Shown here one piece after another: positions 20,231 through 29,926 of a DNA stretch of 50,156 nt (position 1 is the first letter of the stretch; the number at the start of each line of letters is the position of its first letter). This DNA comes from Myxococcales bacterium. Lineage in GTDB: Bacteria; Myxococcota_A; UBA9042; JABWCM01; BTVJ01. Position numbers and translations under genes: made by a program. The notes beneath the pieces were generated by a model. That model was not told the DNA's origin. It did not search any database and saw only the letters and a program-made list of their open reading frames with translations. The stretch is taken from positions 1-50,156 of the forward strand of contig BTVJ01000053.1 of the NCBI GenBank assembly GCA_045863395.1, written 5' to 3'.

Positions 20231-23200
20231 GTGCGACTCGTTAACAGCGATGGGGTGAATCGGGGGCGGGTAGAAGGCCATCGGGCTCTGATTGCCGTGG
20301 TCGTGGTCCTGGCCATGGTGACCCTCGCGCCGCCAGCGCGAGCGCAGAGCGAGGCGTGGAGCGCGCTCGACCGGGGCGACGCCGCCGCCGCGGCCCAGGC
20401 AGCGAGGGCCGCGCTGGCGGCAGGGAGCGACGACGCGACCAGCCACACGGTGCTGGCTCTCGTCGCCGAGCTGATGGGGGATGACGTCGCCGCCTGGGAC
20501 GGGTGGGTCGCCGCGGCCAGGAGCTCCCCAGCCCTGCTGCGGCTGGCGCTCCACCGCCTGGACCCGGGCCGCGTCGGCGCCCGCTCCTGGAGGGAGCGCG
20601 CCGAAGCCCTGCTGGCGCTGGCGGAGGGCGCGACCCCCGCCGACGCCGCCCTCGCGTGCTCTGTAGCGGCGGAGCTCCTCTACCGCACAGGCGAGACGGA
20701 GCGGGCCGCGACCCTGGTGGCGAAGCTCGGCTTCATCGGTGACTGGCTCGTGGTGGCGGGCTTCGAGAACGATCAGATGAAGGGCTACGACGTCGCCTAC
20801 GGCCCGGAGCGGGACGGCGTCGACCCCGCCGCGACCTACCAGGGCCAGAAGCGGTCCATCACGTGGCGGCGGATCCAGACCCTCGACGAGCGGGGCCGCG
20901 TGCCCCACATCCAGCTCCAGTCCCCCAACGACTGGTCCGTGGCCTATATGGCCACGTGGGTCCACAGCCCGGACGCCCGCGACGTGGAGCTGCGCCTCAC
21001 GTCCGCCGAGCCGGTCAAGGCGTGGGTCAATGGCGCGCAGGTCGTGGCCGCGCGGCAGGTGGAGTGGGCGCGCCTCGACCACATCGTCGCGCCCGCGCGC
21101 CTGGAGGCCGGGTGGAACCTCCTGCTCGTGAAGAGCTGCCAGGACACCAGCGACTGGGAGACCGCGGTCCGGCTGACCGGCCCCGACGGCGCGCCCTCCG
21201 CCGGACTCCGGGTGGAGGCGGCGCCGCAGCAGACCCCGGTGGCTACGGGCGCCCGGGAGTGGAGCGTCGAGCGCATCGCCGCGCGCTACGAGGGGGTTGC
21301 CGAGCCGCTCCGCCCCCTGCTCGCCGCCTGGGCGCTCTCCCTGGAGGGCCTGCCGAAGCTGGCGGCCGAGCGCCTCGACACGCTGCTCCATGCCTCGCGC
21401 ACCTCGCCTGCCGCCCTGCTCATCGGAGCGTACGCCGCCTGGGACGTCAACGAGGACGAGAAGATGCTGGACCGCCTCGCGCAGGGGGTGAAGCGCTTCC
21501 CGGACCTGCCCGCCTTCCTGCACGCACGTGCCCGCTACTTTCGCCAGAAGGAGCGCCTCGATCGCGCCATCGAGGACGTGGCCGCCGCGCTGCGCATCGC
21601 CCCTGGGTTCGCGCGGGCCCAGGCGCTGGAGGCCGAGCTGCTCCGAAAGAAGGGGTGGCGGGAGGAGGGGTGCCGCCGCTGGCGCGACCTGTCCGACGGT
21701 GCGCCCGATCTCGTGTCGCACCTCAAGGAGCTGGCCTCCTGCGCCAAGGACGCCTCCCGCATGGACGAGGCGCGCCGCGCCCACGAGGCCGTCCTGGCGC
21801 TGTGGCCGACGGACCGCTCGACGCTGACCGAGCTGGCCCGCCTTGCGGAGCGCCGGGGCGACCACGACGGCGCAGTCACGCTGTACGAGCGGCAGCTCGC
21901 GCTCACCCCCTACCGCACCGACCCGTACATCGCGCTGGGCAACGTCTACCGGGTGCGCCGGCAGTGGGACCGGGCGGCCTCGGCGTACCTGGAGGCGGCG
22001 GCGCGGGATCCGGAGTATGCCTGGCCCCACCAGCTCCTGGGCGAGATCGCCATGGAGCAGGGCCTCCCCGACGAGGCGGCGGCGGCCTGGCGCCGAGCCC
22101 TCGAGCTCAACCCGGACGAGCACGTGCTCTGGGAGCGGGTCGAGCGCCTGGAGCCCGACGGCTCGGACATGCTCTCGCCCTTCGTCCCGACGGACGAGCG
22201 CATCGACGCGGTGCTCGCCGGGTCGGACGGGGTGAAGGCCCACCCGAACTCCTCGTACCTGGCGCTGCTCGACCACGAGGCCATGCAGCTCAACGCCGAC
22301 GGCTCCATCCGCCGGGTGGTCACGACCGTCACCCGCATCCGCGACGAGGGGGGGCGCGACCGCTTCAGCACCCTCAACCTGCCCCGCGACGGGCACGTGC
22401 GGGTGCTGCGCGCCTACGTGGTGGACCCGAAGGGGGCGCGCCAGGAGGTGACCAGCCTGCGGAACCGCCAGATCCGCTTCCAGGATCTGCGCCCCGGCTC
22501 CACCATCGTCATGCAGTACCGGCACGACGCCCTCCAGCAGACCTTCCTCAACAACCACTGGCACGGCGTGTGGTTCTTCCAGCAGGACACAGGCCAGACG
22601 GTGGACGCCGAGTGGGTCGTGGTCATGCCCGCCGAGCGGACCCTGCGGGTCCACGTGCAGGGGCCCGTGACCCACCGCGAGACGCTGGAGGGGGACCGGC
22701 GCGTCTATCGCTGGTCCGCAAAGGGAGTGCCGCCACTCCAGCTCGAGCAGCAGACGGTGCCGCTCGTCGATCTGGCGGCTCTCGTCGCGGTCTCCACGCT
22801 CCCCGACTGGGAGTTCTTCGTCCGCTGGGAGTGGTCCATGGTGGAGGACTCCCTGCGCATGACCCCCGATCTCCAGGTGAAGGCCAAGGAGGTGGTCAGC
22901 GAGGACGCCAGCCCGCAGCAGAAGGTGGACGCCGTCTACCGGTTCGTCGCCAACGGCGTGCGCTACGTGCAGGACTACGAGGAGCGCATCGCCGGCGTGC
23001 GGCCCCACCCGGCGTCGCTGACCTACGAGCGGCGCTACGGGGACTGCAAGGACAAGGTCGTCCTCATGATGATGCTGCTCCGGTCCTTGGGGGTCGAGGC
23101 CCGCTTCGCCATGCTGTCCACGTTCACGAGCGGCCGCCTCGTCGCCGACGTGCCGAGCCAGCAGTTCAACCACGCCATCGTGTACGTGCCCGAGCAGCCC

Positions 23201-23977
23201 GGTATCCCCGCGGGGCGCTTCTACGACCCGACCGCCGAGCACCTGGACACGGGCAACCTGCGCTGGGACGACCAGGGTCAGACGGCGCTGGTCATCTGGG
23301 AGGGCAACCACGCCTTCATCCCCATCCCCTTCGACCCGCCGGAGCTTGAGCTCCAGCAGCTCGTGGCGGACATCCAGCTCGCAGGCCCCGATGACCCGAG
23401 CCGCGTGGAGGTGGTGATCACGGCCCGCGGCCGCACGGCGGCCGGCATGCGCAAGGCCCTGACCAACGACGAGACGGCCCGGCGCATGATCGAGGGCTTC
23501 ACCTGCGGCTACCTGTTCCCCGGAGGGCGTCTGCTGGATACCAAGGTGGCGGGGGCAGACACCATCGACGAGCCGGTCCGGGTGACGGCCGTCCTGGCGG
23601 CGCCGAACCTGCTGAAGGTCGAGGACCGCACGCTGCGCATGGACGTCCTCGACTATGCCCGGGTCGCCAGCAAGTTCGGAAAGTGGAAGGAGCGGCGCCA
23701 GCCCCTCTGGTTCGGGCCCCCGGAGACCACACGGGTGACCCTGCGGGTGAAGGCGCCCCCTGGCACGAAGATCGCGCGCTTGCCCGCTGCGGCGAAGCTG
23801 AGCGGGCCCTGCCTGGACTTCTCACTGGCCGCCTCGAAGGCCGGCGCAGAGGCGACCATCGACTACACGCTGCTCCGCACCTGCCCGCAGCTCGCGCCCG
23901 GGGACTACGAGCCCTTCCGCGACACGGCGCTCCGCATCTCCCGGGCGCTGGCCGAGCCAGTGGTGTTCCGAAAGTGA
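20231..23977 (+). CDS. Secreted TPR + DUF3857 + transglutaminase-like domain protein
   Basis: Signal peptide, beta-sandwich region, TPR array and transglutaminase-like triad YGDCKDK / FNHAI / FYDPT. Exact start uncertain. Confidence 0.85.
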   Translation: MRLVNSDGVNRGRVEGHRALIAVVVVLAMVTLAPPARAQSEAWSALDRGDAAAAAQAARAALAAGSDDATSHTVLALVAELMGDDVAAWDGWVAAARSSPALLRLALHRLDPGRVGARSWRERAEALLALAEGATPADAALACSVAAELLYRTGETERAATLVAKLGFIGDWLVVAGFENDQMKGYDVAYGPERDGVDPAATYQGQKRSITWRRIQTLDERGRVPHIQLQSPNDWSVAYMATWVHSPDARDVELRLTSAEPVKAWVNGAQVVAARQVEWARLDHIVAPARLEAGWNLLLVKSCQDTSDWETAVRLTGPDGAPSAGLRVEAAPQQTPVATGAREWSVERIAARYEGVAEPLRPLLAAWALSLEGLPKLAAERLDTLLHASRTSPAALLIGAYAAWDVNEDEKMLDRLAQGVKRFPDLPAFLHARARYFRQKERLDRAIEDVAAALRIAPGFARAQALEAELLRKKGWREEGCRRWRDLSDGAPDLVSHLKELASCAKDASRMDEARRAHEAVLALWPTDRSTLTELARLAERRGDHDGAVTLYERQLALTPYRTDPYIALGNVYRVRRQWDRAASAYLEAAARDPEYAWPHQLLGEIAMEQGLPDEAAAAWRRALELNPDEHVLWERVERLEPDGSDMLSPFVPTDERIDAVLAGSDGVKAHPNSSYLALLDHEAMQLNADGSIRRVVTTVTRIRDEGGRDRFSTLNLPRDGHVRVLRAYVVDPKGARQEVTSLRNRQIRFQDLRPGSTIVMQYRHDALQQTFLNNHWHGVWFFQQDTGQTVDAEWVVVMPAERTLRVHVQGPVTHRETLEGDRRVYRWSAKGVPPLQLEQQTVPLVDLAALVAVSTLPDWEFFVRWEWSMVEDSLRMTPDLQVKAKEVVSEDASPQQKVDAVYRFVANGVRYVQDYEERIAGVRPHPASLTYERRYGDCKDKVVLMMMLLRSLGVEARFAMLSTFTSGRLVADVPSQQFNHAIVYVPEQPGIPAGRFYDPTAEHLDTGNLRWDDQGQTALVIWEGNHAFIPIPFDPPELELQQLVADIQLAGPDDPSRVEVVITARGRTAAGMRKALTNDETARRMIEGFTCGYLFPGGRLLDTKVAGADTIDEPVRVTAVLAAPNLLKVEDRTLRMDVLDYARVASKFGKWKERRQPLWFGPPETTRVTLRVKAPPGTKIARLPAAAKLSGPCLDFSLAASKAGAEATIDYTLLRTCPQLAPGDYEPFRDTALRISRALAEPVVFRK

Positions 23978-24036
23978 CGGTTGATTCCATCCGCGAACGG
24001 GGGCAGGCTTCTGCCCCGTGACGTCGGAGGTGCCTC

Positions 24037-25701
24037 GTGCGTGAGCGACTGTTCCTGCTGGCCGTGGCTGCTTTCCTCGCGTCCTGCGCCGACGACCAGG
24101 TCATCGGCCAAGGGGGGGGCGCCGCCTGCTCCACCTCGAAGGAGTGCGACGGCCGCGTCTGCGACCCGACCACGGCCCAGTGCGTCGACTGTCTGAGCGA
24201 CGCCGACTGCCTGGAGAGCGGGACCTACTGCGCCGGCAAGGTGTGCGAGGCGAAGATCCCGTGCATGTCCGACAAGCAGTGCGCCGGGCAGCTCTGCGAC
24301 GGGGCGCTCCAGTACTGCGTGGACTGCAGCGACGGGTCCCACTGCCCAGCCACCGCCCCGTACTGTGTGCTCCACGTGTGCAGCACGGTCGATGGCGGCT
24401 CGTCGTCGGGTGGAGGTGGCATCGACGTGGACGCGGGCCCGAGCGACGGCAAGCCGGAGAACCCGCGCGGCGGCAAGCCGGACGCCGGCTCCACGGACAC
24501 GAGCGCTCCCTGGACCCCCCCGGAGACCTGCGAGGACAAGGCGGAGTGCGACGACGGCAACCCGTGTACGAAGGAAGCCTGCACCCAGAACAAGTGCTCC
24601 TACGGCTTCGCGGTGGGCGCGGCCTGCGACGACGGCGACGCCTGCACCGACCAGGACGCCTGCGTCCAGGGCGGGGTCTGTGAGGGCGTGGCGAAGGGCT
24701 GCAACGACGGCAACCCCTGCACCAAGGACGTCTGCGACTCCACGACGGGCGACTGTGGGTACCTGCCGGGAAATGAGGGCGCCGACTGCGACGACGGCAA
24801 CGACTGCACGGACAGCGATCGGTGTCAGGGCGGCAAGTGCAAGGGCGACGGCCTGGACTGCGACGACGAGAACCCCTGCACCCAGGACGGCTGTGACCCG
24901 GCTGGGGAGTGCCTCTGGGTGAAGCTGGAGAATGGGGCCCCGTGCGACGACGGCAGCGTGTGCACGGACACGGACTTCTGCAAGGAGGGGGTCTGCATCG
25001 GCAAGTCCGAGAAGTGTGACGACGGCAACGCCTGCACCATCGACTCCTGCGACGTCATCGGCAAGTGCACCCACAGCCCTGTCTCGGGCCCCTGCGACGA
25101 CGGGGACCTGTGCACGGTGGACGACGTGTGCGAGTTCAACAAGTGCAAGGGCTTCAAGGCGGACTGCTCCGATGGCAACCCCTGCACCCAGGACTCCTGC
25201 GACCCCGTCCAGGGCTGTGTCTACAAGCCCCTGGACGGGATCTTCTGCTCGGACGGGGATCTGTGCACCGACAACGACCTCTGCAAGCAGGGGGTCTGCG
25301 TGGGCACCCCGGCCGACTGCGACGACGGCAAGCCGTGCACCGAGGACAAGTGCACGGTCGCCGGGTATTGCAGCCACACGGCCATCACGTCGCCTCCGGG
25401 CGAGCCTGTCTGCAGCGATGGCGACATCTGCACCACCGGTGACCACTGCGAGAGCGGCACCTGCAAGGGCACCGCGCTCCAGTGTCCCCCGGACGGCAAC
25501 CCCTGCACCAGCGACTCGTGCAGCAAGCAGACGGGCCAGTGCTACGCCTTCGTGTCGGCTCCTTGCGACGACGGCAACGAGTGCACCCAGTTCACACAGT
25601 GCAGCACGGTCACCGGGCAGTGCGGGGGCGGCTCGGCGAAGCCCAACGGCACCGCCTGCACCGGCGGGAGCTGCAACGGCGGACAGTGCGTGCTCAAGTA
25701 G
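24037..25701 (+). CDS. Cys-rich lipoprotein with CDDGNPCTxDxC repeats
   Basis: Lipobox FLAS-C and more than 12 tandem CDDG(N/D)xCTxDxC units, resembling Dictyostelium-type CTDC repeats seen in myxobacterial surface proteins. Confidence 0.88.
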   Translation: MRERLFLLAVAAFLASCADDQVIGQGGGAACSTSKECDGRVCDPTTAQCVDCLSDADCLESGTYCAGKVCEAKIPCMSDKQCAGQLCDGALQYCVDCSDGSHCPATAPYCVLHVCSTVDGGSSSGGGGIDVDAGPSDGKPENPRGGKPDAGSTDTSAPWTPPETCEDKAECDDGNPCTKEACTQNKCSYGFAVGAACDDGDACTDQDACVQGGVCEGVAKGCNDGNPCTKDVCDSTTGDCGYLPGNEGADCDDGNDCTDSDRCQGGKCKGDGLDCDDENPCTQDGCDPAGECLWVKLENGAPCDDGSVCTDTDFCKEGVCIGKSEKCDDGNACTIDSCDVIGKCTHSPVSGPCDDGDLCTVDDVCEFNKCKGFKADCSDGNPCTQDSCDPVQGCVYKPLDGIFCSDGDLCTDNDLCKQGVCVGTPADCDDGKPCTEDKCTVAGYCSHTAITSPPGEPVCSDGDICTTGDHCESGTCKGTALQCPPDGNPCTSDSCSKQTGQCYAFVSAPCDDGNECTQFTQCSTVTGQCGGGSAKPNGTACTGGSCNGGQCVLK

Positions 25702-25795
25702 GAAGGTCGCGGGGGCAGGAGCCCTGTACTCCCCAGGGGACTCGACGCTGTGCCGGCTCGTGGGGTGAGCCCGACGCGGCTCACCCCACCGCCGG

Positions 25796-27622
25796 CTACA
25801 GCACGATGTCCAGCGCGCTCGTGTCCTTGGACTGGATTCGAGCTGCGTTGCCCAGCGCGCGCGGGAGGATCTGGCGCGCGAAGAACTGCGCCGTCTTGAC
25901 CTTACCCTCGTAGAACTTCACGTCCGGGTGGGTCGTGGCGGTGCGGGAGGGGTCCGCTGCCACGAGCGCGGCGACCCGCTCGTGGCCGATGACCCCCTGC
26001 TCCAGCAGCAGCCACCCGGTGACCACGTCGCCGACCATCTCCAGGTACTGCTTGCACACCTGGATGGGGTACGCCAGGTCGCCCTTCATCTGGTAGCCGC
26101 CGAGGAACATGGTCGCCCCGCCGAGGGCGTCCTTGGCCTTGGCCAGGGCGGCCAGGTCCGACGCCAGCGCCGGGTGCTCCTTGTGGGCCTTCACGAAGGC
26201 GTCGATGCGCGAGAGCAGACCCATGAAGTCGCGGCCCCCCTTGCGCGGCACCTTGCGCCCGATGAGATCGATGGCCTGGATGCTGTTCGTGCCCTCGTAG
26301 ATGCTGGCGATCTTCACGTCCCGCATCAACTGCTCGACGCCGTACTCCTTGATGTAGCCGTACCCGCCGAGCACCTGGATGGCGATGTCCGTCGCCCGCA
26401 GCGCGGACTCGGCGCCGTAGGCCTTCACGACCGGGGTCAGGATCTCCACGAAGGCCTGGGCGTGGTCGCGCTCCTCCTGGGTGGCGGCGGTCTCGGCGCG
26501 GTCCGCCTCGAAGGCCGTGCGATAGATCAGGGCGCGGATGCCCTCGGACAGCGCCTTGATCTCCATGAGCATGCGCCGCACGTTCGGGTGCTCGATGATC
26601 GGCACGCGGGGAGCCGCCGGGTCCTTGAAGTTCTTGACGTCCGTGCCCTGGACGCGCTCCTTGGCGTACTCCAGCGCGAGCTGGTAGGCCGCGTTGCCCA
26701 TGCCGACGCCCTGGATGCCTACCGCGATGCGCGCCTCGTTCATCATGTGAAACATGTGGCGCATGCCCTCGCCCTCGGCGCCGATGATCCAGCCCTGGCA
26801 GGCGCCCTCGTCGCCGAAGGACAGCGAGCAGGTCGCCGAGGCGTGGATGCCCATCTTCTCTTCGATTCCGGTGCAGCGCACGTCGTTCCCGCCGCCGAGT
26901 GACCCATTGGGATTGATGCGCCGCTTCGGCACGATGAAGAGCGACAGGCCCTTGGTGCCGGGAGGGGCCCCCGGGGTGCGGGCCAGGACCAGGTGGATGA
27001 TCTGCTCCGTCAGATCGTGCTCCCCCTGGCTGATGAAGATCTTGTTGCCCGTGACCAGGTAGCTGCCGTCGTCCTGCTTCGTGGCGCTGGAGCGGCAGTC
27101 ACCGACCGCCGAGCCGGCCTGAGGCTCGGTCAGGCACATGGTGCCCGCCCACTCCCCGGAGTTCATGCGCGGCACGAAGAGCTGGCGCTGCTCCTCGCTC
27201 CCCAGGTGCTCGATGAGGCTCGCCGCCGCCGCCGTCAGGCCCGGAGTGAAGTAGAAGCTCGCGCAGGCGCCGACGAACATCTCCGTCGCCGCCGCGGTGA
27301 TCGAGGACGGGAGGCCCATGCCGCCCAGCTCCTGCGAGCCCATGAGCGAGATCCACCCGCCCTCCCGGAAGGCTGCGTAGGCCTCCTTGAAGCCGGGCGC
27401 CAGCCGAACGGCGCCCCCCTCGAACTTGCAGCCGTAGTGGTCGGCCGGGCCGTTGATGGGGGAGAGCACGTTGGTCGCGAGCTTGGCAGCCTCGTCGAGG
27501 ACCGCGTCCCACACCTCCTGTCCCTGGTCGCCGAAGCGCTCACTCTCCGCCAGCGCGCCGACGCCGAGCTGCTCGAACAGCACGAACCGGACGTCCCGCA
27601 GATCCACCTTGTACTGGGCCAT
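25796..27622 (-). CDS. Acyl-CoA dehydrogenase
   Basis: Start MAQYKVDLRD (ATG 27622). GTMCLTEPQAGS, GNKIFISQGEHD, EEKMGIHAS, QVLGGYGY, IYEGTNSIQAIDL. Confidence 0.95.
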   Translation of the reverse strand: MAQYKVDLRDVRFVLFEQLGVGALAESERFGDQGQEVWDAVLDEAAKLATNVLSPINGPADHYGCKFEGGAVRLAPGFKEAYAAFREGGWISLMGSQELGGMGLPSSITAAATEMFVGACASFYFTPGLTAAAASLIEHLGSEEQRQLFVPRMNSGEWAGTMCLTEPQAGSAVGDCRSSATKQDDGSYLVTGNKIFISQGEHDLTEQIIHLVLARTPGAPPGTKGLSLFIVPKRRINPNGSLGGGNDVRCTGIEEKMGIHASATCSLSFGDEGACQGWIIGAEGEGMRHMFHMMNEARIAVGIQGVGMGNAAYQLALEYAKERVQGTDVKNFKDPAAPRVPIIEHPNVRRMLMEIKALSEGIRALIYRTAFEADRAETAATQEERDHAQAFVEILTPVVKAYGAESALRATDIAIQVLGGYGYIKEYGVEQLMRDVKIASIYEGTNSIQAIDLIGRKVPRKGGRDFMGLLSRIDAFVKAHKEHPALASDLAALAKAKDALGGATMFLGGYQMKGDLAYPIQVCKQYLEMVGDVVTGWLLLEQGVIGHERVAALVAADPSRTATTHPDVKFYEGKVKTAQFFARQILPRALGNAARIQSKDTSALDIVL

Positions 27623-27672
27623 GACTCCTCCTCCGCTCCTGCGGGCGCCCTGTGCGTCCCGCGGTCTCTCGC

Positions 27673-28536
27673 CTACAAATCGATGACCTCGGCGCTCTCC
27701 TCGTCGAACTCCGTCAGGCTCCGCGCCAGCTTCTTCTTCAGGCTGTTCTCGAGCTGCCGCACCCGCTCGCGGGTCACCCCGTAGCGCTCGCCGATCTCTT
27801 GGAGCGTCAGGGGCTCGTCCGCGAGGATGCGCTTCTCCAGGATGAACCGCTCCCGGTCGTTCAGGTGGCCGACGACCTCCTTCAGGCGGTCGGACACGAT
27901 GGCGCGCGCCTCGGCGCGGCCGATGCTCTCGTCGGCCCCCATCTCGCCCGAGCGCAGCATGTCGCCGTAGCTGGTGCGGCCGTCTTCGTCCATGGCAGAG
28001 TCCAGCGAGAAGTCGCGGCGCGCCACCTTGGCGTCGAGCAGCATGAGCTGTCCCGCGTCGTGGGTGGCCATGGCCGGCAGGATGTAGGTCTCCTCGTGCT
28101 CGTCCTCGGGGCCCCGCGGCCCCTGGCGGGTGCCGAAGAGCATGCGCCGGTGGTCCGCGTTGCTGCCGATCTTCACCATCGACCAGTTCTTGATGATGTA
28201 GTTCTGCATGTACGCCTTGATCCACCACACGGCGTAGGAGATCAGGCGGTAGCCCCGGTCGGGGTTGAACTTGCTGACGGCCTTCATCAGGCCGATGTTG
28301 CCTTCCTGGATGAGGTCGATGAGCTTGACCTCATAGTTGCGGTATTCGAAGGCCACCTTCACGACGAAGCGCAGGTTCGACGTCACCAGCTTGCGGGCGG
28401 CGTCCATGTCGCCCTCCTCGACGAGGCGCCGGGCGTACTCCTGCTCCTCCTCGCGGGAGAGCAGGGGGAAGCGGTTGATCTCGATGAGGTACTGATCGAG
28501 AGATGACCTGAGTACGGGCAGTGATGAGTCGGCCAC
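27673..28536 (-). CDS. rpoH: RNA polymerase sigma factor, RpoH (sigma-32)-like
   Basis: LVTSNLRFVVKVA, DLIQEGNIGLMKAV, YAVWWIKAY...NWSMVKIG and region 4 TLQEIGERYGVTRERVRQLE. RpoH box is divergent. Confidence 0.8.
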   Translation of the reverse strand: MADSSLPVLRSSLDQYLIEINRFPLLSREEEQEYARRLVEEGDMDAARKLVTSNLRFVVKVAFEYRNYEVKLIDLIQEGNIGLMKAVSKFNPDRGYRLISYAVWWIKAYMQNYIIKNWSMVKIGSNADHRRMLFGTRQGPRGPEDEHEETYILPAMATHDAGQLMLLDAKVARRDFSLDSAMDEDGRTSYGDMLRSGEMGADESIGRAEARAIVSDRLKEVVGHLNDRERFILEKRILADEPLTLQEIGERYGVTRERVRQLENSLKKKLARSLTEFDEESAEVIDL

Positions 28537-28580
28537 TCGGTCCTCCAGCCTACGGCGCGTGCATCTTAGACGAAGCGCCC

Positions 28581-28623
28581 CCGGGCGTCACCACACCGCG
28601 TGCGCGATCCTGGTGACGCCCGG
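28581..28623. promoter_or_regulatory. Perfect 13-bp inverted repeat upstream of the rpoH-like gene
   Basis: ccgggcgtcacca (28581-28593), 17-nt spacer, tggtgacgcccgg (28611-28623). Confidence 0.45.
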
Positions 28624-28717
28624 AGGCGCGCCCCACCAAACGCAGCGGTGGCGCCGATCCTTCCCCCCGGAGGGAGGAATCACGGACCCGGGTGGTCCTC
28701 TACTCCACGTGCCGTAC

Positions 28718-29044
28718 TCAGAGGATGTCCGCCAGGTGAGCGAGGGCGATGCGCCGGAGCTTGAGATAGCGGTTGGGGTCGTCGTCTGGCCGGACCAGGC
28801 TCGCCACGACCTCGCCGAGGGGGCGGCCGAAGTGCTTCGCAAACGAGTCGGGCCAGTGGCTGGCCCATGCCGAGAGCCAGGCGACGAGGGCCTCACGCTC
28901 CCTCTCCTGCAGCAGGCTCGGCTGGTCCAGCACAGACGACGCCGCGCGGGCGAGGCTGGATGCATCGGGTGTGGTATCGTCGCGAGGGCGGGCTACCACC
29001 ACGGGCAGCCCTCCACGACGCAGGATGTCCAACGAGGCGCTCAC
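28718..29044 (-). CDS. Hypothetical protein, divergent from the nucleotidyltransferase remnant
   Basis: 108 aa helical ORF ending RYLKLRRIALAHLADIL. Its start is only 14 nt from the divergent ATG at 29059. Confidence 0.5.
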   Translation of the reverse strand: MSASLDILRRGGLPVVVARPRDDTTPDASSLARAASSVLDQPSLLQEREREALVAWLSAWASHWPDSFAKHFGRPLGEVVASLVRPDDDPNRYLKLRRIALAHLADIL

Positions 29045-29058
29045 GTGGGCATCGTACC

Positions 29059-29370
29059 ATGGACGAGGCGCTGTTCGACAGGTCGAGGCTGGAAGCGTTG
29101 ATGCGCGCTGCGGCGGATCAACTGGAAGGGCGGTGGTTGCTGGTGGGCGGGGCTGCGGCCGCCATGTGGCTGAGCCCGCGGAGGACGACCGAGGACGTCG
29201 ACCTGTTTGGCCTCGACGACCCCAACCAGCGGATGCAGCTCCTCGAGTTCGCTGACGCCGTCGGGGTCCCCGTGGAAGCGGTCAACTCGGCCGCAGACTT
29301 CTTCGTTCGGGCGGTGCCCGGCACGCAGCAGCCCGAAGTTGTGGCTCTTCCTGACTTGTCGCCTCCTCCC
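29059..29370 (+). pseudogene. Nucleotidyltransferase-like (DUF6036/AbiEii-like) gene remnant
   Basis: MDEALFDR...WLLVGGAAAAMWLSPRRTTEDVDL has the GG-R-T-x-D-x-D NTase pattern. After NSAADFFVRAVP the frame becomes uninformative. Confidence 0.55.
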
Positions 29371-29410
29371 GCCCCGCGCTACGGTGCGCCCTCGCAGACG
29401 GAGCGGAACC

Positions 29411-29926
29411 ATGACGGTCGATCACAGCTTGCCGATGTTCGATCCGTCCGCTCGGCCCTTGGCGGGCTCGACCTTGGAGCCGCTCGCTGCCTTCGCTCGG
29501 CAGTGGTCCGGCATGGAGGGGAGCGAGCAGCAGCTCAGTCAGTTCTTCCTGAACGGGCTGTGCGATGCCCTCGGGACTCCGCGGCCCTACAGCGGCGGGG
29601 TCAGCGTCGACGACTACTGCTTCGAGAAGCACGTGGACGTGCCCGACCGCAAGGAGCGTGGGCGCATCGACCTCTACAAGCGTGGCTGCTTCGTGCTCGA
29701 GGCCAAGTGCGGGCGCAACGGCGCCGGTGAGTCCACGGACCCCCTCGGTCAGCTCGCGGACGTCCTGACACTGGTCCAGGCCTCCACCGCGGCGCTGGAC
29801 GCCGAGTCGGTGGCCGCCCACTTCCGCCGCGCCCCGCGAAGGCGAGCGGCGGACCTCCTCGAGCGCCTGGCGACGAGGCGCCTCGTCGTCCTCGACGACA
29901 CGGGCCGCTACCGCGCGCTGGTCTGA
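29411..29926 (+). pseudogene. MmeI-family (type IIL) restriction-modification gene with large internal deletion
   Basis: N-terminal nuclease segment (QFFLNGLCDALG, YCFEK, GRIDLYKRGCFVLEAK) is joined in frame to a C-terminal-like tail (LDAESVAAHFRR...DLLERLA...GRY). Only 171 aa and no methyltransferase motifs. Confidence 0.7.

Noticed and set aside
20120..23311. 1063-aa minus-strand ORF
   Set aside because: Antisense shadow of the TPR/transglutaminase gene, caused by high-GC codon bias; no recognisable motifs.
25796..28228. 810-aa acyl-CoA dehydrogenase with long N-terminal extension
   Set aside because: The extension is an alternative frame of the rpoH-like gene; the real start is the ATG at 27622 with a GGAGGAG RBS.
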